A stretch of DNA of 64,000 nt from Nitrososphaeraceae archaeon (lineage in GTDB: Archaea; Thermoproteota; Nitrososphaeria; Nitrososphaerales; Nitrososphaeraceae): positions 19,870 to 83,869 of the forward strand of contig DATFEP010000012.1 of the NCBI GenBank assembly GCA_035250975.1. Direction: 5' to 3'. The position numbers were made by a program, and so were the translations under genes. Of the stretch, positions 41,252-51,970 are shown in pieces (positions within the stretch are counted from its first letter, which is position 1; each line of letters opens with the position of its first letter). The notes beneath the pieces were generated by a model. That model saw only the letters and a program-made list of their open reading frames with translations. It did no database searches and was not told the origin of the DNA.

Positions 41252-42064
41252 CTATATTTTTAGAATATCTAGACCAGTATCTTTGACTAAATCAAAAATT
41301 CTTTGTTTTTCATTGCCTAATCCTTTATTATCTAATATTATATGAGTTATTTTTTCGTGACATTTTGTAATCATCTGATTCAGCAAGTCTTCATTAACAT
41401 TACATAGATTATATTTTGAGGAAATATGACCCATTGCTATATCAGAATTTATTATTATATTATTAAATTTTGATCCATAGTGAGTTCCTCCAAGACCTAT
41501 TCCTATTTTTTTTTGATGATTTATTGGATTTGAAATAACAGATAATATGCAATCACAAATTAAAGATGCAATAGTGATGTTACCCCATTCCTTTTCTGTA
41601 GAACCGATCTCTACAAACATTATAGGTTTTTTTATCGAAGTGGGACCGTGATGTGTTGCCTCGATTGTGATTGCAAAGGGGTATAATTTTTCTTTAATAT
41701 CATCGAGATGTTGTAAATAGATTTTTTGCAAAGACGGATATGAAATCCCCAATTCATATGAATTACCACCATACCGATTATTTTCAAAGTTACCGGTAAA
41801 ATGACATGTCAATGATGGAAATTTACTATTTGATTGATGTTTAGAGAGAAATATAAAAACTTTTGAATTAGGAAATTTGTTGTCAAGATTATCAGTAAAA
41901 AGCAATGAATTCTTTGATTTATACAATAAAATGTTCTTGTATAAATTTGAAACGAGTATATCATTTTGTTGTGTTGACACGAATTTTTTTTCCTTTTCTA
42001 AATATATACTCATTGATTTACTGGCAGGATCAGATTCTGAAACTACTATAGTAATAGACATCAT
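41252..42064 (-). CDS. dtdA: archaeal D-aminoacyl-tRNA deacylase (DTD2)
   Basis: S..DPAS, FLSKH, HFTGN, EATHHGP, FVEIGS, GLGGTHY; start moved to ATG at 42064. Confidence 0.92.
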   Translation of the reverse strand: MMSITIVVSESDPASKSMSIYLEKEKKFVSTQQNDILVSNLYKNILLYKSKNSLLFTDNLDNKFPNSKVFIFLSKHQSNSKFPSLTCHFTGNFENNRYGGNSYELGISYPSLQKIYLQHLDDIKEKLYPFAITIEATHHGPTSIKKPIMFVEIGSTEKEWGNITIASLICDCILSVISNPINHQKKIGIGLGGTHYGSKFNNIIINSDIAMGHISSKYNLCNVNEDLLNQMITKCHEKITHIILDNKGLGNEKQRIFDLVKDTGLDILKI

Positions 42065-42195
42065 AATAACAAATTTTTTTCGATAATAATATTGTTTGAA
42101 ATCTAATCTTTTACTTTTATTTGTGTAATATACTATTATTAACAAAAATAAAATGGCACCATAACGTTTAACATTAACAAGAAATAATTTTAAAT

Positions 42196-42393
42196 ATGAA
42201 TAAGCGGTTAGAAAGTGGATCTGAAGATTCTGAAAATTCTGAAATTCTTACCTTGCCCAACATCAAATATTTAGTTGAAGGGTTGGAAGCTTTACTTCAA
42301 ACAAATCTAGACGGAGAAAAACGATCTGGTGTCATAAATCTAAGAGATAGATTGATCAGCATAACTAGCTCTATAATAAATGACTTTAATTGA
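42196..42393 (+). CDS. hypothetical small protein
   Basis: 65-aa ORF with ATG start in otherwise empty gap; no motif recognised. Confidence 0.45.
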   Translation: MNKRLESGSEDSENSEILTLPNIKYLVEGLEALLQTNLDGEKRSGVINLRDRLISITSSIINDFN

Positions 42394-42447
42394 TTCATAC
42401 ACATTAATGAACAGGCTAAAAGAATGGAAAATCTATGTTATCGTTTA

Positions 42448-42894
42448 TTATTGTGATTTAATTTCTCTTATATTTTCTCGTAGGTGAGATAAGGACCTTA
42501 TCTGACCACCGTTTACTTTTTTGTATAATGACCAGAATATGTCACGATTTATATCGTTCCTACTTTTGAGTATTTTCAAATGATATCTCATAGTTCGTAT
42601 TTTCTTCACGTAACTTTCTTTCTTACCGATTCTAGCACCCTTCTTTCCTTTTTTAGACCCAGTTCCGGTACCACGTTTTTTCTTCACTTGTAATTTCGCT
42701 TTGGCTCCTGCCCTTGATGTACCTTTTGTTTTTGCTGTCCAAATCACACCATTCTTAATTAAAGATCGTATATCTTCTCTAGTGATCGAATCTGCAATAT
42801 CATCTAGCTTGTCAGGTTCAAATCGAACACGATTTGCGCCTACATTAAGCATTCTAGCGACCAATTCTCTTTTCTTTTTGAGATTTACAACCAT
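42448..42894 (-). CDS. rpl19e: 50S ribosomal protein L19e
   Basis: RVRF.P, ITREDIR.LI..G, G.GSKKGKKGAR. Confidence 0.96.
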   Translation of the reverse strand: MVVNLKKKRELVARMLNVGANRVRFEPDKLDDIADSITREDIRSLIKNGVIWTAKTKGTSRAGAKAKLQVKKKRGTGTGSKKGKKGARIGKKESYVKKIRTMRYHLKILKSRNDINRDIFWSLYKKVNGGQIRSLSHLRENIREIKSQ

Positions 42895-42898
42895 TTTT

Positions 42899-43327
42899 TT
42901 AGCTCTCCTGTTTCTTTGATTCAGGTGATTTTTTTATTCTAGAATGAGGTTTTCCTGGATTTAAAATCTTGATATTCAATTCTATTGATCTCGATATGAT
43001 TTCTTTTCTTTTCAGTTTTCCCACTGTACGAGAAATCCTACCGGCCTCATTTTTCGGATTTAATTTTTCAAGATCATGAATATTACATACTAATTTATCT
43101 AAATACCCAGAAGGATGAAGTCCCCGAGAAATTTTAGGTCCTCTATAACCAACCTTTACTAAAGGTGGTACACCTGAAACTTGTCTCCTCATCTTGTTAT
43201 CCTTACCCTTTGGTTTTCTCCAATTCTGCGCAAGTCTATCATACCTCCAACTTTCTTGTCTAACAAATTTTGGTCTATGTTCTGATACTTTTTTTCTCTT
43301 TTCCAGCAGTTCTTTATTGATTACCAT
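42899..43327 (-). CDS. rpl32e: 50S ribosomal protein L32e
   Basis: RPKFVRQE, WRKPKG.DNKMR, RGLHPSG. Confidence 0.97.
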   Translation of the reverse strand: MVINKELLEKRKKVSEHRPKFVRQESWRYDRLAQNWRKPKGKDNKMRRQVSGVPPLVKVGYRGPKISRGLHPSGYLDKLVCNIHDLEKLNPKNEAGRISRTVGKLKRKEIISRSIELNIKILNPGKPHSRIKKSPESKKQES

Positions 43328-43469
43328 GAGTAAGCAGTTTAGATTAATTTACATTTTTCAATAAATATCTTTCCCCACTCTAAATACGACAGACATTTAA
43401 AGTAAATTTATGTTAAAAATTTTGGCGTGTATCACAAAGAATAATAATACATAGCGAGAAATAGTTGAT

Positions 43470-44090
43470 ATGAAAAAATATGAATTACCCCCATTACCAT
43501 ATAATTATGATGCACTAGAACCGTATATTGATGCACGTACAATGGAAATACATTATACAAAACATCATCAGACATACACAGATAAGTTCAATGCAGCATT
43601 GGAAAGCTGTTCTACTGAAATTCAAGAAAAGGATATTGTTGAAATACTATCAAATCTTGAGTTAGTCCCGGCTAATCAGAAGAGCGCGATAAACTTTAAT
43701 GGAGGAGGATATGACAACCATAGAATATTTTGGAATAACATGAAACCAAATGGTGGAGGTGAACCAGGAGGTTCATTAGCTGATGCGATAAATTCCTCAT
43801 TTGGAAGTTTTTCTGAGTTTAAAGAAAAATTTTCATCCACTACGGTATTGATTCAAGGTAGCGGATGGGGCTGGCTTGTATATAATCCAGTCAATAAAAA
43901 AGTAGAGTACAAATCAATGCCGAATCAAACAAGCCCTAGAACAGAAGGTTTGATACCTCTCTTAGGATGCGATGTTTGGGAGCATGCATATTACCTGAAG
44001 TATCAGAACAGAAGACCAGAATATGTATCTAATTGGTGGAACATAATAAATTGGGATGATGTCGGTCAGAGATTTAACGAAATGTCTTAA
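43470..44090 (+). CDS. sod: Fe/Mn superoxide dismutase
   Basis: LPPLPY.YDALEP, HYTKHH, NH..FW, GSGWGW, DVWEHAYY. Confidence 0.97.
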   Translation: MKKYELPPLPYNYDALEPYIDARTMEIHYTKHHQTYTDKFNAALESCSTEIQEKDIVEILSNLELVPANQKSAINFNGGGYDNHRIFWNNMKPNGGGEPGGSLADAINSSFGSFSEFKEKFSSTTVLIQGSGWGWLVYNPVNKKVEYKSMPNQTSPRTEGLIPLLGCDVWEHAYYLKYQNRRPEYVSNWWNIINWDDVGQRFNEMS

Positions 44091-44272
44091 AAGTTGTGTC
44101 AAGACTGATTAGAGAAATAACCATTTTATTTTTTGATGATATTGAAACCACATAATAATTTGTGGCAGGTTCATTTAGTTATGTAGTTATATGAATATAC
44201 CATTCGATTGTTTAAAAATAATAAAAGAATTTAAGAAAATATAATTAATGCAATTATTTTTAGATTAAAAAG

Positions 44273-44845
44273 TTACTTAAATGAATAAAGAATTTCTTTA
44301 ATCATTGGAGTAAATGAATTTGCGGTATCATTTGTTAAAGTAAATTCAATATGAAAAATCCTGTCGTTCTTTAGAAATATAGCCTCTTTCTTGTTCAAAA
44401 TTAATCCAGGTTGTGGAATGAACGTATAATCAAGAGTTTTTATCGATGAATTTGTGTAAAGATTCACCTCGCTACTTCCTATCGATTTAGACTCTTGAAT
44501 TTTATAGAAATAATAATTAAAATAATCCCAGAGAACAGGATCTTTATTATCAGTATCATTTATCGACTTTGTCTTTATAGTAAAAAATTCTTGGAATCCA
44601 TCATTAGAATTGTCCAAAGGAGAAATAAAACTGGAGATTATTTGGAGACCTTCATCGGTAATATCATCAGAAAATTCTACAATCTTCCAATCATTTGGAT
44701 ATAAAATATTAAAATCAAGTTCTTGATTTTTATAGAGTTTGAATTTTTGTGTTTCTGAGTAAGAGCCCATATAACTCATTTCAATGCATACAAAGAGAAG
44801 AATTGCAACAATTATTGTGTACAATAAAAAAACGTTAACTTTCAT
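44273..44845 (-). CDS. secreted/membrane-anchored PsbP-like protein
   Basis: N-terminal TM/signal, then Y.N..L.F.I.YP.DW and C-terminal F.P..KE...SF pattern. Confidence 0.65.
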   Translation of the reverse strand: MKVNVFLLYTIIVAILLFVCIEMSYMGSYSETQKFKLYKNQELDFNILYPNDWKIVEFSDDITDEGLQIISSFISPLDNSNDGFQEFFTIKTKSINDTDNKDPVLWDYFNYYFYKIQESKSIGSSEVNLYTNSSIKTLDYTFIPQPGLILNKKEAIFLKNDRIFHIEFTLTNDTANSFTPMIKEILYSFK

Positions 44846-45005
44846 TAGAGTATCATTCGATTTTTGTGGAAAATATATTTTTTGTCTTTAAAATATAAAT
44901 AACAAAATATCATTACAATTAAAAATAACAAAATGAAATAGCAAATGAATTTAGGGTTTGTTAGAATCTTCTATGTACTATATTATCGAAATCAAAGTAA
45001 TAAAA

Positions 45006-45314
45006 TCATGTCAGAGAAACTTCGATATATACATCATCAGGAATTCGCAAGCGCATTAATTGTCTAATTGCCTTATCATCTGCTCCCATGTCTATTACTC
45101 TGCGATGAATTCTCAATTCATATTTGTCCCAAGTGTTGGTGCCTTGTCCACATGGAGATTTCCTAGTAACAACTTTCATTTTTTTTGTTGGAAGAGGATA
45201 CGGACCTTTCAAATTAATCCCACTTTTCTCTCCTAAACCTTTGATTTCCGAGCAGACACCGTCCAATGTCGAAAGATTGGTACTAGTTAGTTTAATTCGT
45301 GCTTCCTGAGGCAT
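45006..45314 (-). CDS. rps10: 30S ribosomal protein S10 (uS10)
   Basis: GP.PLPTK, RKSPCGQGT.TWD..E.RIH.R. Confidence 0.97.
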   Translation of the reverse strand: MPQEARIKLTSTNLSTLDGVCSEIKGLGEKSGINLKGPYPLPTKKMKVVTRKSPCGQGTNTWDKYELRIHRRVIDMGADDKAIRQLMRLRIPDDVYIEVSLT

Positions 45315-45327
45315 TGCATTGTTTCAC

Positions 45328-46635
45328 TTATTTTTTATCTTGTTTTTCAGTGATAGTTTTCACTACACCAGCTGCTATTGTAGTACCCATGTCTCTAAGT
45401 GCAAATCTACCGATTTCTGGAAATTCTTTAAATGTTTCTATTGCGAGAGGTCTTACTGGTCTAATTTTGACAATTGCTGCATCTCCGGTCTTCAAAAATT
45501 TAGGTTTGTCTTCTAATACGCCACCTGTCTTTGGATCAATTTTTGCAACAAACTCGGAAAGAGTAGCAGCAACCTGTGCAGTATGGGCATGTAAAACTGG
45601 AGTATATCCAGGAGCCATAGCTGTAGGATGATGGATTACTATTATTTGTGCTTCAAATTCTTTAGCAACGTTTGGAGGACTATCAGCGCTTCCTATTACA
45701 TCTCCCCGGTGAATCGATTTCTTGTCAATCCCTCTTAAATTAAAACCTATATTATCACCAGCTTCTGCAGATTCCATTTGTGTGTGGTGGGTTTCTATAG
45801 ACTTTATCTCGCCTGTAACTCCTGCTGGCATTACTATAACTTTATCATTAGCTCTTACTACTCCTGTTTCAACTCTGCCAACTGGTACTGTTCCAACACC
45901 TGTTATAGTATATACGTCTTGTATAGGAATTCTCAATGATTTACCAATTGGTTTTTCTGGTGGATCAAATGAGTCTAAAGCTTCAAGAAGAGTGGTTCCT
46001 TTGTACCAAGGCATATTATCAGATTTTTTAGCCAAGTTATCACCTTTCCAGCCTGAAACTGGGACAAAATTTACTTTGGTTGTATTATATCCTACCATTT
46101 TTAACATTTTCTCTACTACCCCTTTAACTTCATTATAGCGAGCTTCTGAATAACTAGAGTCATCCATTTTATTCAATGCCACAACTACCTGTCCCACACC
46201 TAATGTCCTACATAAAAATGCGTGTTCTCTAGCCTGTCCTCCCGGCTCCGTAGCAGCTTCAGTCTCTCCTGGTTTTGTGGAGACTACAAGTATGGCTACA
46301 TCTGCTTCGGAAGCACCTGTTATCATATTTTTTATAAAATCCCTATGTCCTGGTGCATCAATCAAAGTAAAGAAGAATTTTTGCGTTTCAAATTTTTGAA
46401 ATGCTAAATCAATAGTAATGCCCCTATCTCGTTCATCCTTAATACTATCTAAAACCCAGGCGTACTTGAAAGTATCGCCCTTACCAGTAGCTTCTGATTC
46501 TTTTGCAAATTGTTCTATAGTTCTTTGATCAATAACCCCTAGATCAACCATTAAATGACCAACTATAGTAGATTTACCATTATCTACATGTCCTACAACC
46601 ACGAGATTCATGTGTGGTTTTTTGCTTGAACTCAT
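45328..46635 (-). CDS. tuf: translation elongation factor EF-1alpha
   Basis: GHVDNGKST, ERDRGITI, DAPGHRDF, NKMD, GRFALRD. Confidence 0.98.
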   Translation of the reverse strand: MSSSKKPHMNLVVVGHVDNGKSTIVGHLMVDLGVIDQRTIEQFAKESEATGKGDTFKYAWVLDSIKDERDRGITIDLAFQKFETQKFFFTLIDAPGHRDFIKNMITGASEADVAILVVSTKPGETEAATEPGGQAREHAFLCRTLGVGQVVVALNKMDDSSYSEARYNEVKGVVEKMLKMVGYNTTKVNFVPVSGWKGDNLAKKSDNMPWYKGTTLLEALDSFDPPEKPIGKSLRIPIQDVYTITGVGTVPVGRVETGVVRANDKVIVMPAGVTGEIKSIETHHTQMESAEAGDNIGFNLRGIDKKSIHRGDVIGSADSPPNVAKEFEAQIIVIHHPTAMAPGYTPVLHAHTAQVAATLSEFVAKIDPKTGGVLEDKPKFLKTGDAAIVKIRPVRPLAIETFKEFPEIGRFALRDMGTTIAAGVVKTITEKQDKK

Positions 46636-46796
46636 ACACGGAAGAGTATTTATCAGCTTTATTTATATTTCGTTATTATTTGTGAATAATAATGAGAAAT
46701 TAATATAAAAAAAATAATACAAATTTCTAGGTATTTAGTTTCTACTTAGAAATAATAGATATAACAATATATGGGAAAAAGAAAAAATACTAATAA

Positions 46797-47084
46797 TTGA
46801 ATAAACACCCAATACTTTCCACAGAGGAGATAAACCGTAGGTTAGACGAGATGGATGGCTGGAGTATAAAAGACGGGAAACTAAATAAAATATTTGAATT
46901 TCAGAATTTTACTCAGGCTTTTGGATTTATATCAAAGATAGCAATCGAAGCAGAAAAAATAAACCACCATCCAGAATTATATAATGTCTATAACAAAGTG
47001 AGGATATCACTTTTTACACATGACATCAATGGAATTAGTGATCAGGATTTCAAGTTAGCTGAAATTATCGACAAATTAAGATGA
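46797..47084 (+). CDS. pterin-4a-carbinolamine dehydratase
   Basis: AE..NHHP..NVYN.V...L.THD..G.S..D..LA. Confidence 0.92.
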   Translation: MNKHPILSTEEINRRLDEMDGWSIKDGKLNKIFEFQNFTQAFGFISKIAIEAEKINHHPELYNVYNKVRISLFTHDINGISDQDFKLAEIIDKLR

Positions 47085-47124
47085 GAATTGTCCAACTCAT
47101 TTGATGATATATTTATTATAAAAA

Positions 47125-48591
47125 TTATATATCAGCATAAAGTGAAAATTCATGTGGATGGGGTCTTAGAGTAACTTCTCTGTATTCTTTTAAACCATGA
47201 TCAATTATTTTATCTATAATTTCATCATTGAAAATTGGCTTCAAAAATTCTCGATCACTTTCAAGAGCCTCTGCAGCCTCAAGCAAACTGGATGGCAATT
47301 GCTTAATCTTTAATTCCGTTCTTCTTTTAGAACTCATTTTGAAAATATCCTCATCAATCGGATCTCCAATGGATATCTTCTTTCTTATTCCATCTATTCC
47401 AGCAGATACAATTGCTGAAAATGCTAGGTAAGGATTACAAGACGGATCTGGAGCTCTAAATTCGATTCTTTTTAGGTATGAGAATTGTTCTCCTCGAAAA
47501 TGACCAGGTATTCTGATAATAGCGGAACGATTTCCTGTACTCCATGCCACGTAGACAGGTGCCTCGTATCCTGGAACTAGTCGTCGATAAGAGTTGGTGG
47601 TTGGTGCTACTATTGCAGCTAATGCAAACGAGTGTTCCAAAATACCTCCACAGAAATATCTTGCGACATCAGAAATTTCCGCGTATTCATCATTCGGATC
47701 AAAAAATAAATTAGTATCATCATTCCAAAGACTTGTATTAACATGTAACCCTGAACCATTATCCAGTGCTATAGGTTTGGGCATCATAGTAGCTATCATA
47801 TTATGTTTTTTTGCTATATTTTTTACTATATACTTGTAACTTTGTACAGAATCTGCTGCGTTTACCAGTTTATCGTATCTTATATCTATTTCACATTGTC
47901 CAGCTGTTGCCACTTCGTGATGATGGGCATCACAAGCTATACCAAAATTATTACTAAGAATATCCACACATTCATTACGATAATCCATAAGAGTATCTAA
48001 TGGAGCGCTGGGAAGATATCCTTCTTTAAGATTTATCGTATATCCGAAACCATCTGACGACCATGGTGCTTCCCTAGAAAATATTTCATAGCTTTGGCTA
48101 CGATACGGTGTTAATGTATCTACCATTAGTTTATCGAATACAAAAAATTCAATTTCTGGGCCCCAGTACGATAACTCGTATCCGTTATCAAGTATCTGCT
48201 GTTCGGCTTTCTTTGCAATACCACGTGGATCTCTTGGAAATTGGTTTCGTTTTGAACCACCACTTAATATATCACAAATTAATCTAGCAGTAGGATATTC
48301 TGAAATCCAAGGGATCGTAGCATATGTAGAAGGATCAGGACGAACGATTAGATCAGATTCATGTATTTCTGTAAATCCACGAATAGAAGATCCATCAATC
48401 TTTGGCAACCCGCTTTCAAAATCTCCTTTCTTGAACATATTAGAAGGAATTGTAATGTGATGAAACCTTCCAAAGAGACTAGTAAATTGCAAATCAATGA
48501 ACTTTATATTATCATTTCTTATCCTGTCCATTACATCTTCGGTCGTAAAAGTTAGTGGTTCTATATTACCCTCAAAAATCTTATACGGCAA
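47125..48591 (-). CDS. glnA: glutamine synthetase type I
   Basis: DGSSI.GF, GPE.EFF, HHEVA..GQ.EI, MPKP..DNGSG.H, NSYRRLVPGYEAP, IEFRAPDPSCNPYL. Confidence 0.97.
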   Translation of the reverse strand: MPYKIFEGNIEPLTFTTEDVMDRIRNDNIKFIDLQFTSLFGRFHHITIPSNMFKKGDFESGLPKIDGSSIRGFTEIHESDLIVRPDPSTYATIPWISEYPTARLICDILSGGSKRNQFPRDPRGIAKKAEQQILDNGYELSYWGPEIEFFVFDKLMVDTLTPYRSQSYEIFSREAPWSSDGFGYTINLKEGYLPSAPLDTLMDYRNECVDILSNNFGIACDAHHHEVATAGQCEIDIRYDKLVNAADSVQSYKYIVKNIAKKHNMIATMMPKPIALDNGSGLHVNTSLWNDDTNLFFDPNDEYAEISDVARYFCGGILEHSFALAAIVAPTTNSYRRLVPGYEAPVYVAWSTGNRSAIIRIPGHFRGEQFSYLKRIEFRAPDPSCNPYLAFSAIVSAGIDGIRKKISIGDPIDEDIFKMSSKRRTELKIKQLPSSLLEAAEALESDREFLKPIFNDEIIDKIIDHGLKEYREVTLRPHPHEFSLYADI

Positions 48592-48701
48592 TTTAGTTCA
48601 ATATTAGTAAAGATCTAATAATAAAGCTTTCAGAAAAAGCAGTATTAAAGAAAAAAAGAATTATTTATAAATTATCATAATTACCTGAATATGATAATTT
48701 A

Positions 48702-49283
48702 ATGTCCAATAATACCACAGATAATTTAAGTCTAGAAATAGCTTACAATATCCTTTTAAAAGAGTTTCAAAATCCTACTTTGCAAGAAATTCCCTATGAC
48801 ATTTACCAAAAAATAGCAGGAAGTATAAACAACCTAAAAATAAATGAATATGAAACACAAGAAAAATTAATAGTAATAAAGATGATTGAAATGTTTTCAG
48901 ACATTTCTAGTCTTCTTTTACAAATAAGATTGGAAAAAATTCATGAGTTGGAGAAGACTCAAGTTTTTGAGATAGATTACTCTAAAATATCCGATGAAGA
49001 AAAATACATTCTAGATGGAGAACATCAATCAAGAAAGAGATTGCATGAGATATTTTCCTTAATAAATAACGGACAGCCGAAGGTTTTGGAGAAGATTTCT
49101 GAAAGAATTAAACAGAAAAGAGTACTTATTAGATTTATGAAACCTATGGAACAATTTGTTGGTGTCGACATGGCAAAATATGGACCTTTTAATTGCGAGG
49201 ACGTTGCGAATTTACCTCTCGAAAATGCAATTTCCTTAATAAACAATAAAATAGCTAGTGAGATTTTTGCCAGTTTTGATTAA
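48702..49283 (+). CDS. DNA replication GINS subunit (Gins51/Gins15 type)
   Basis: helical A domain (LQEIP..Y, R..KI, EE) plus C-terminal B domain FVGVDM..YGPF..EDVA.LP..NA..LI. Confidence 0.8.
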   Translation: MSNNTTDNLSLEIAYNILLKEFQNPTLQEIPYDIYQKIAGSINNLKINEYETQEKLIVIKMIEMFSDISSLLLQIRLEKIHELEKTQVFEIDYSKISDEEKYILDGEHQSRKRLHEIFSLINNGQPKVLEKISERIKQKRVLIRFMKPMEQFVGVDMAKYGPFNCEDVANLPLENAISLINNKIASEIFASFD

Positions 49284-49354
49284 AATAATTATATATAATG
49301 ACATAAAAATGATTGAAGAAAGAAAGATATTATGAAAAGATATTAGATTAAAAG

Positions 49355-49663
49355 TTGACACATAACGGTATAGAAATTGATCAATTTGTTTTGTTAACGA
49401 TATATCCAGCTATCGCAATATTTGGAATCGCATTTATTTCGAAGAAAAAATGTATTAAAAAATCTTTGCAATATCTAACACAGGCCTTAACATGTATTGT
49501 TTTTGCAATCATATACTATTTTTGTATTCCAAATGGCGGTGCCCAGGGTCTTGCAATAGCATTGACCTTATTTAGTTTGATTTTACTTCTGATGGTAAGA
49601 AAATATAGGATTGAGCCAGAAGAAAATGATCAATCACAGACCTTTAGAGAAAGTGCTCTATGA
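49355..49663 (+). CDS. hypothetical three-TM membrane protein
   Basis: three hydrophobic segments. Confidence 0.6.
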   Translation: MTHNGIEIDQFVLLTIYPAIAIFGIAFISKKKCIKKSLQYLTQALTCIVFAIIYYFCIPNGGAQGLAIALTLFSLILLLMVRKYRIEPEENDQSQTFRESAL

Positions 49664-49735
49664 TTAGAGTGAATCATTAACAAATAAATAATTTTTCAAT
49701 TTTCTTAAACGTTAATTATTTAGATCGAAATGTTA

Positions 49736-50776
49736 TTATGGTGATGTGGGATCAAAGAATGCCCTACCTCTAATTTTTCCATCCTTAAATAAATTAAAGA
49801 CATGATTTGCCTCATCCAATCTATACTTGGTATTTGAAACAGATTTTAGAGTATTTTTCTGGGCAAGGTCTACAAGAAGCTTCAATTCACTCTTAGTGCC
49901 AACATTAGAACCTATTATACAGTTTTCCTTAAAGGTAAGTCTTTTGGGATTGACGGAAACTGGTTCACTGCCTATTCCAACCAATATTATCTTGCCATTA
50001 TTAGAGATAATTTTAGAAGAATTGTTTAAACTCTCACCAGATACAACGAAATCGAACACGTAATCGACACCCAAACCATCAGTTATTCCTTTGATTCTGT
50101 CTGATAGATTTTCATTTGTGAGATTTACTGTTTCATCTGCAAAAGAGCATGTTCTAGCAAGCTGTAATTTTTCTTCTGATCTTCCAATAGCTATTGCAGT
50201 TTTTGCTCCAGATAACTTTGCTAGTTGTAAAACATACATTCCAACTCCCCCTGTTCCATAGACAGCAATTGTGTCACCCAAATTTACGTGACTAATAAAA
50301 TTTACTGCATGAAGAGCAGTTATTCCAGCACAGCCTAAATTTGCGAGAAATTCTGGAGGAATGTTTCCAGTAACCTTCACGAGATTTTTTGCGTTAACTT
50401 TCATGTATTCTGCAAACCCACCGTCTGTTGAAAAACCATACATGGGCGAGTCGTAAATATGATTACAAGTGCTTGAATTACCAACTACACATTGATCACA
50501 GTCACCACAAGGAGATATAAAGTAAACAACAGTTTTGTCGCCTTTTTTAAAATCGATTATATTATCTCCAAGTTCCTCGATTTCTCCACATATTTCGTGA
50601 CCAAGAGTAATAGGTCCTTTGACAGGAATAACTCCGGTAGTAACGTGTACATCACTGTAGCATAATGATGAGGCCAGAATTTTTAGGACTACTTCATTGG
50701 AACCTATTTTAGGAAAATCTACTTCTTCTATTTTAAGTGGTTCATCAACTTCATGGAAGCTAACGGCTTTTGGCAT
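49736..50776 (-). CDS. zinc-dependent alcohol dehydrogenase (MDR family)
   Basis: C.SD.H, GHE, CGDCDQC...C structural Zn site, GTGGVG Rossmann motif. Confidence 0.93.
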   Translation of the reverse strand: MPKAVSFHEVDEPLKIEEVDFPKIGSNEVVLKILASSLCYSDVHVTTGVIPVKGPITLGHEICGEIEELGDNIIDFKKGDKTVVYFISPCGDCDQCVVGNSSTCNHIYDSPMYGFSTDGGFAEYMKVNAKNLVKVTGNIPPEFLANLGCAGITALHAVNFISHVNLGDTIAVYGTGGVGMYVLQLAKLSGAKTAIAIGRSEEKLQLARTCSFADETVNLTNENLSDRIKGITDGLGVDYVFDFVVSGESLNNSSKIISNNGKIILVGIGSEPVSVNPKRLTFKENCIIGSNVGTKSELKLLVDLAQKNTLKSVSNTKYRLDEANHVFNLFKDGKIRGRAFFDPTSP

Positions 50777-50860
50777 AAATATAACTCAAAAACAAGTAAA
50801 ATAAATTTTTTTAAAATTTAAGAAAAACTATATTATATTAGAAAAAATGTTAATTTACTA

Positions 50861-51046
50861 ATGTTTTGTGGCTGTAGATGTATTAAATGCAAGAGTCCAG
50901 ATTTGAGTTATTTTGAATTCATAGCAAACGATGGAATCGATGAGGTTCACCATACATGCAAGACTTGTGGAACTCATTTTAACCATCTTGATGGTGATAT
51001 TTATGATTCATGCATACAATGTAATTTCACAAACGAATCAGTGTAA
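50861..51046 (+). CDS. Cys/His-rich metal-binding microprotein
   Basis: CGCRCIKC ... HHTCKTC..HFNH ... CIQC; 8 Cys and 4 His in 61 aa. Confidence 0.7.
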   Translation: MFCGCRCIKCKSPDLSYFEFIANDGIDEVHHTCKTCGTHFNHLDGDIYDSCIQCNFTNESV

Positions 51047-51329
51047 CAAACCTGTTATGTTTTGAAACTATCCACTAATTTTTTATGATAGATTCCCTTA
51101 CACTGTTTTTTTTCAACAACGGTTATTTTGATTTTGTCTTTATTTCCAATAGATTTCATAAAATCGTAGCATATCTCACAGAGCTCAACCATTTTAATAA
51201 TATTTTATTAGGTTAAAATGTTTTATTAAGTTTGATTATTCTCTTATAAAAGATTAATTTGTAATAAAGTCTTCGTTCAGACTTATACACATCAACACTT
51301 AAAAGGCGGAAAAATATTTATTTAATAAA

Positions 51330-51488
51330 ATGGCTGCCCGAAAAAATACATCCAGAAAAAAAAGATTAATCAAAAAAATGAGGCAAAATAGGCCGGTGCC
51401 AGCCTGGGTTATTATAAGAACCCACAGACAAGTCAGATCAAACCCAAAAAGAAGATCTTGGAGAAGATCGGATGTAAATATAGGATAG
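51330..51488 (+). CDS. rpl39e: 50S ribosomal protein L39e (missed by ORF track)
   Basis: [52 protein letters not shown]; directly upstream of rpl31e. Confidence 0.96.
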   Translation: MAARKNTSRKKRLIKKMRQNRPVPAWVIIRTHRQVRSNPKRRSWRRSDVNIG

Positions 51489-51503
51489 AAATGCGAGGTG
51501 TGA

Positions 51504-51833
51504 GTGATGTCAAAATCTGATGAAAGTGCAACTCATGTTTATACTATAAATCTTAGCAAGGCATGGTTAACCCCAAGATATAGAAGAACTGATAGAGTAA
51601 TTAACATGATAAAAGAATTTGCTAAACGACATATGAAAAATGAGAATGTAAAAATAGATCAGGAATTGAATGAAGAAATATGGAGACGAGGAAAAACAAA
51701 CCCGCCAAGAAAGATTCGTGTAAAAATGACTACAGAGGATAATTCTATATTAGTATCGTCATATCAGGATATCCTAAAAGATTCTAAAACAGAAAAAAAA
51801 GTATCAGATGAGGAAATAACCCAAGAAAACTAA
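51504..51833 (+). CDS. rpl31e: 50S ribosomal protein L31e
   Basis: YTINL, IKEFAKRHM, LNE.IW.RG..NPPRKIRV. Confidence 0.96.
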   Translation: MMSKSDESATHVYTINLSKAWLTPRYRRTDRVINMIKEFAKRHMKNENVKIDQELNEEIWRRGKTNPPRKIRVKMTTEDNSILVSSYQDILKDSKTEKKVSDEEITQEN

Positions 51834-51970
51834 TTTGTAACTTTCATTAATTTATAACTTTCATATTTTGGAATATTATAAGGCTCAACAGTGACTTAAA
51901 ATTCATTGTGTTATCCAATATTGCCAAGCAGAGGAAGATGTCTTAGAACAGAAAAACTGAATTTGTGAAT

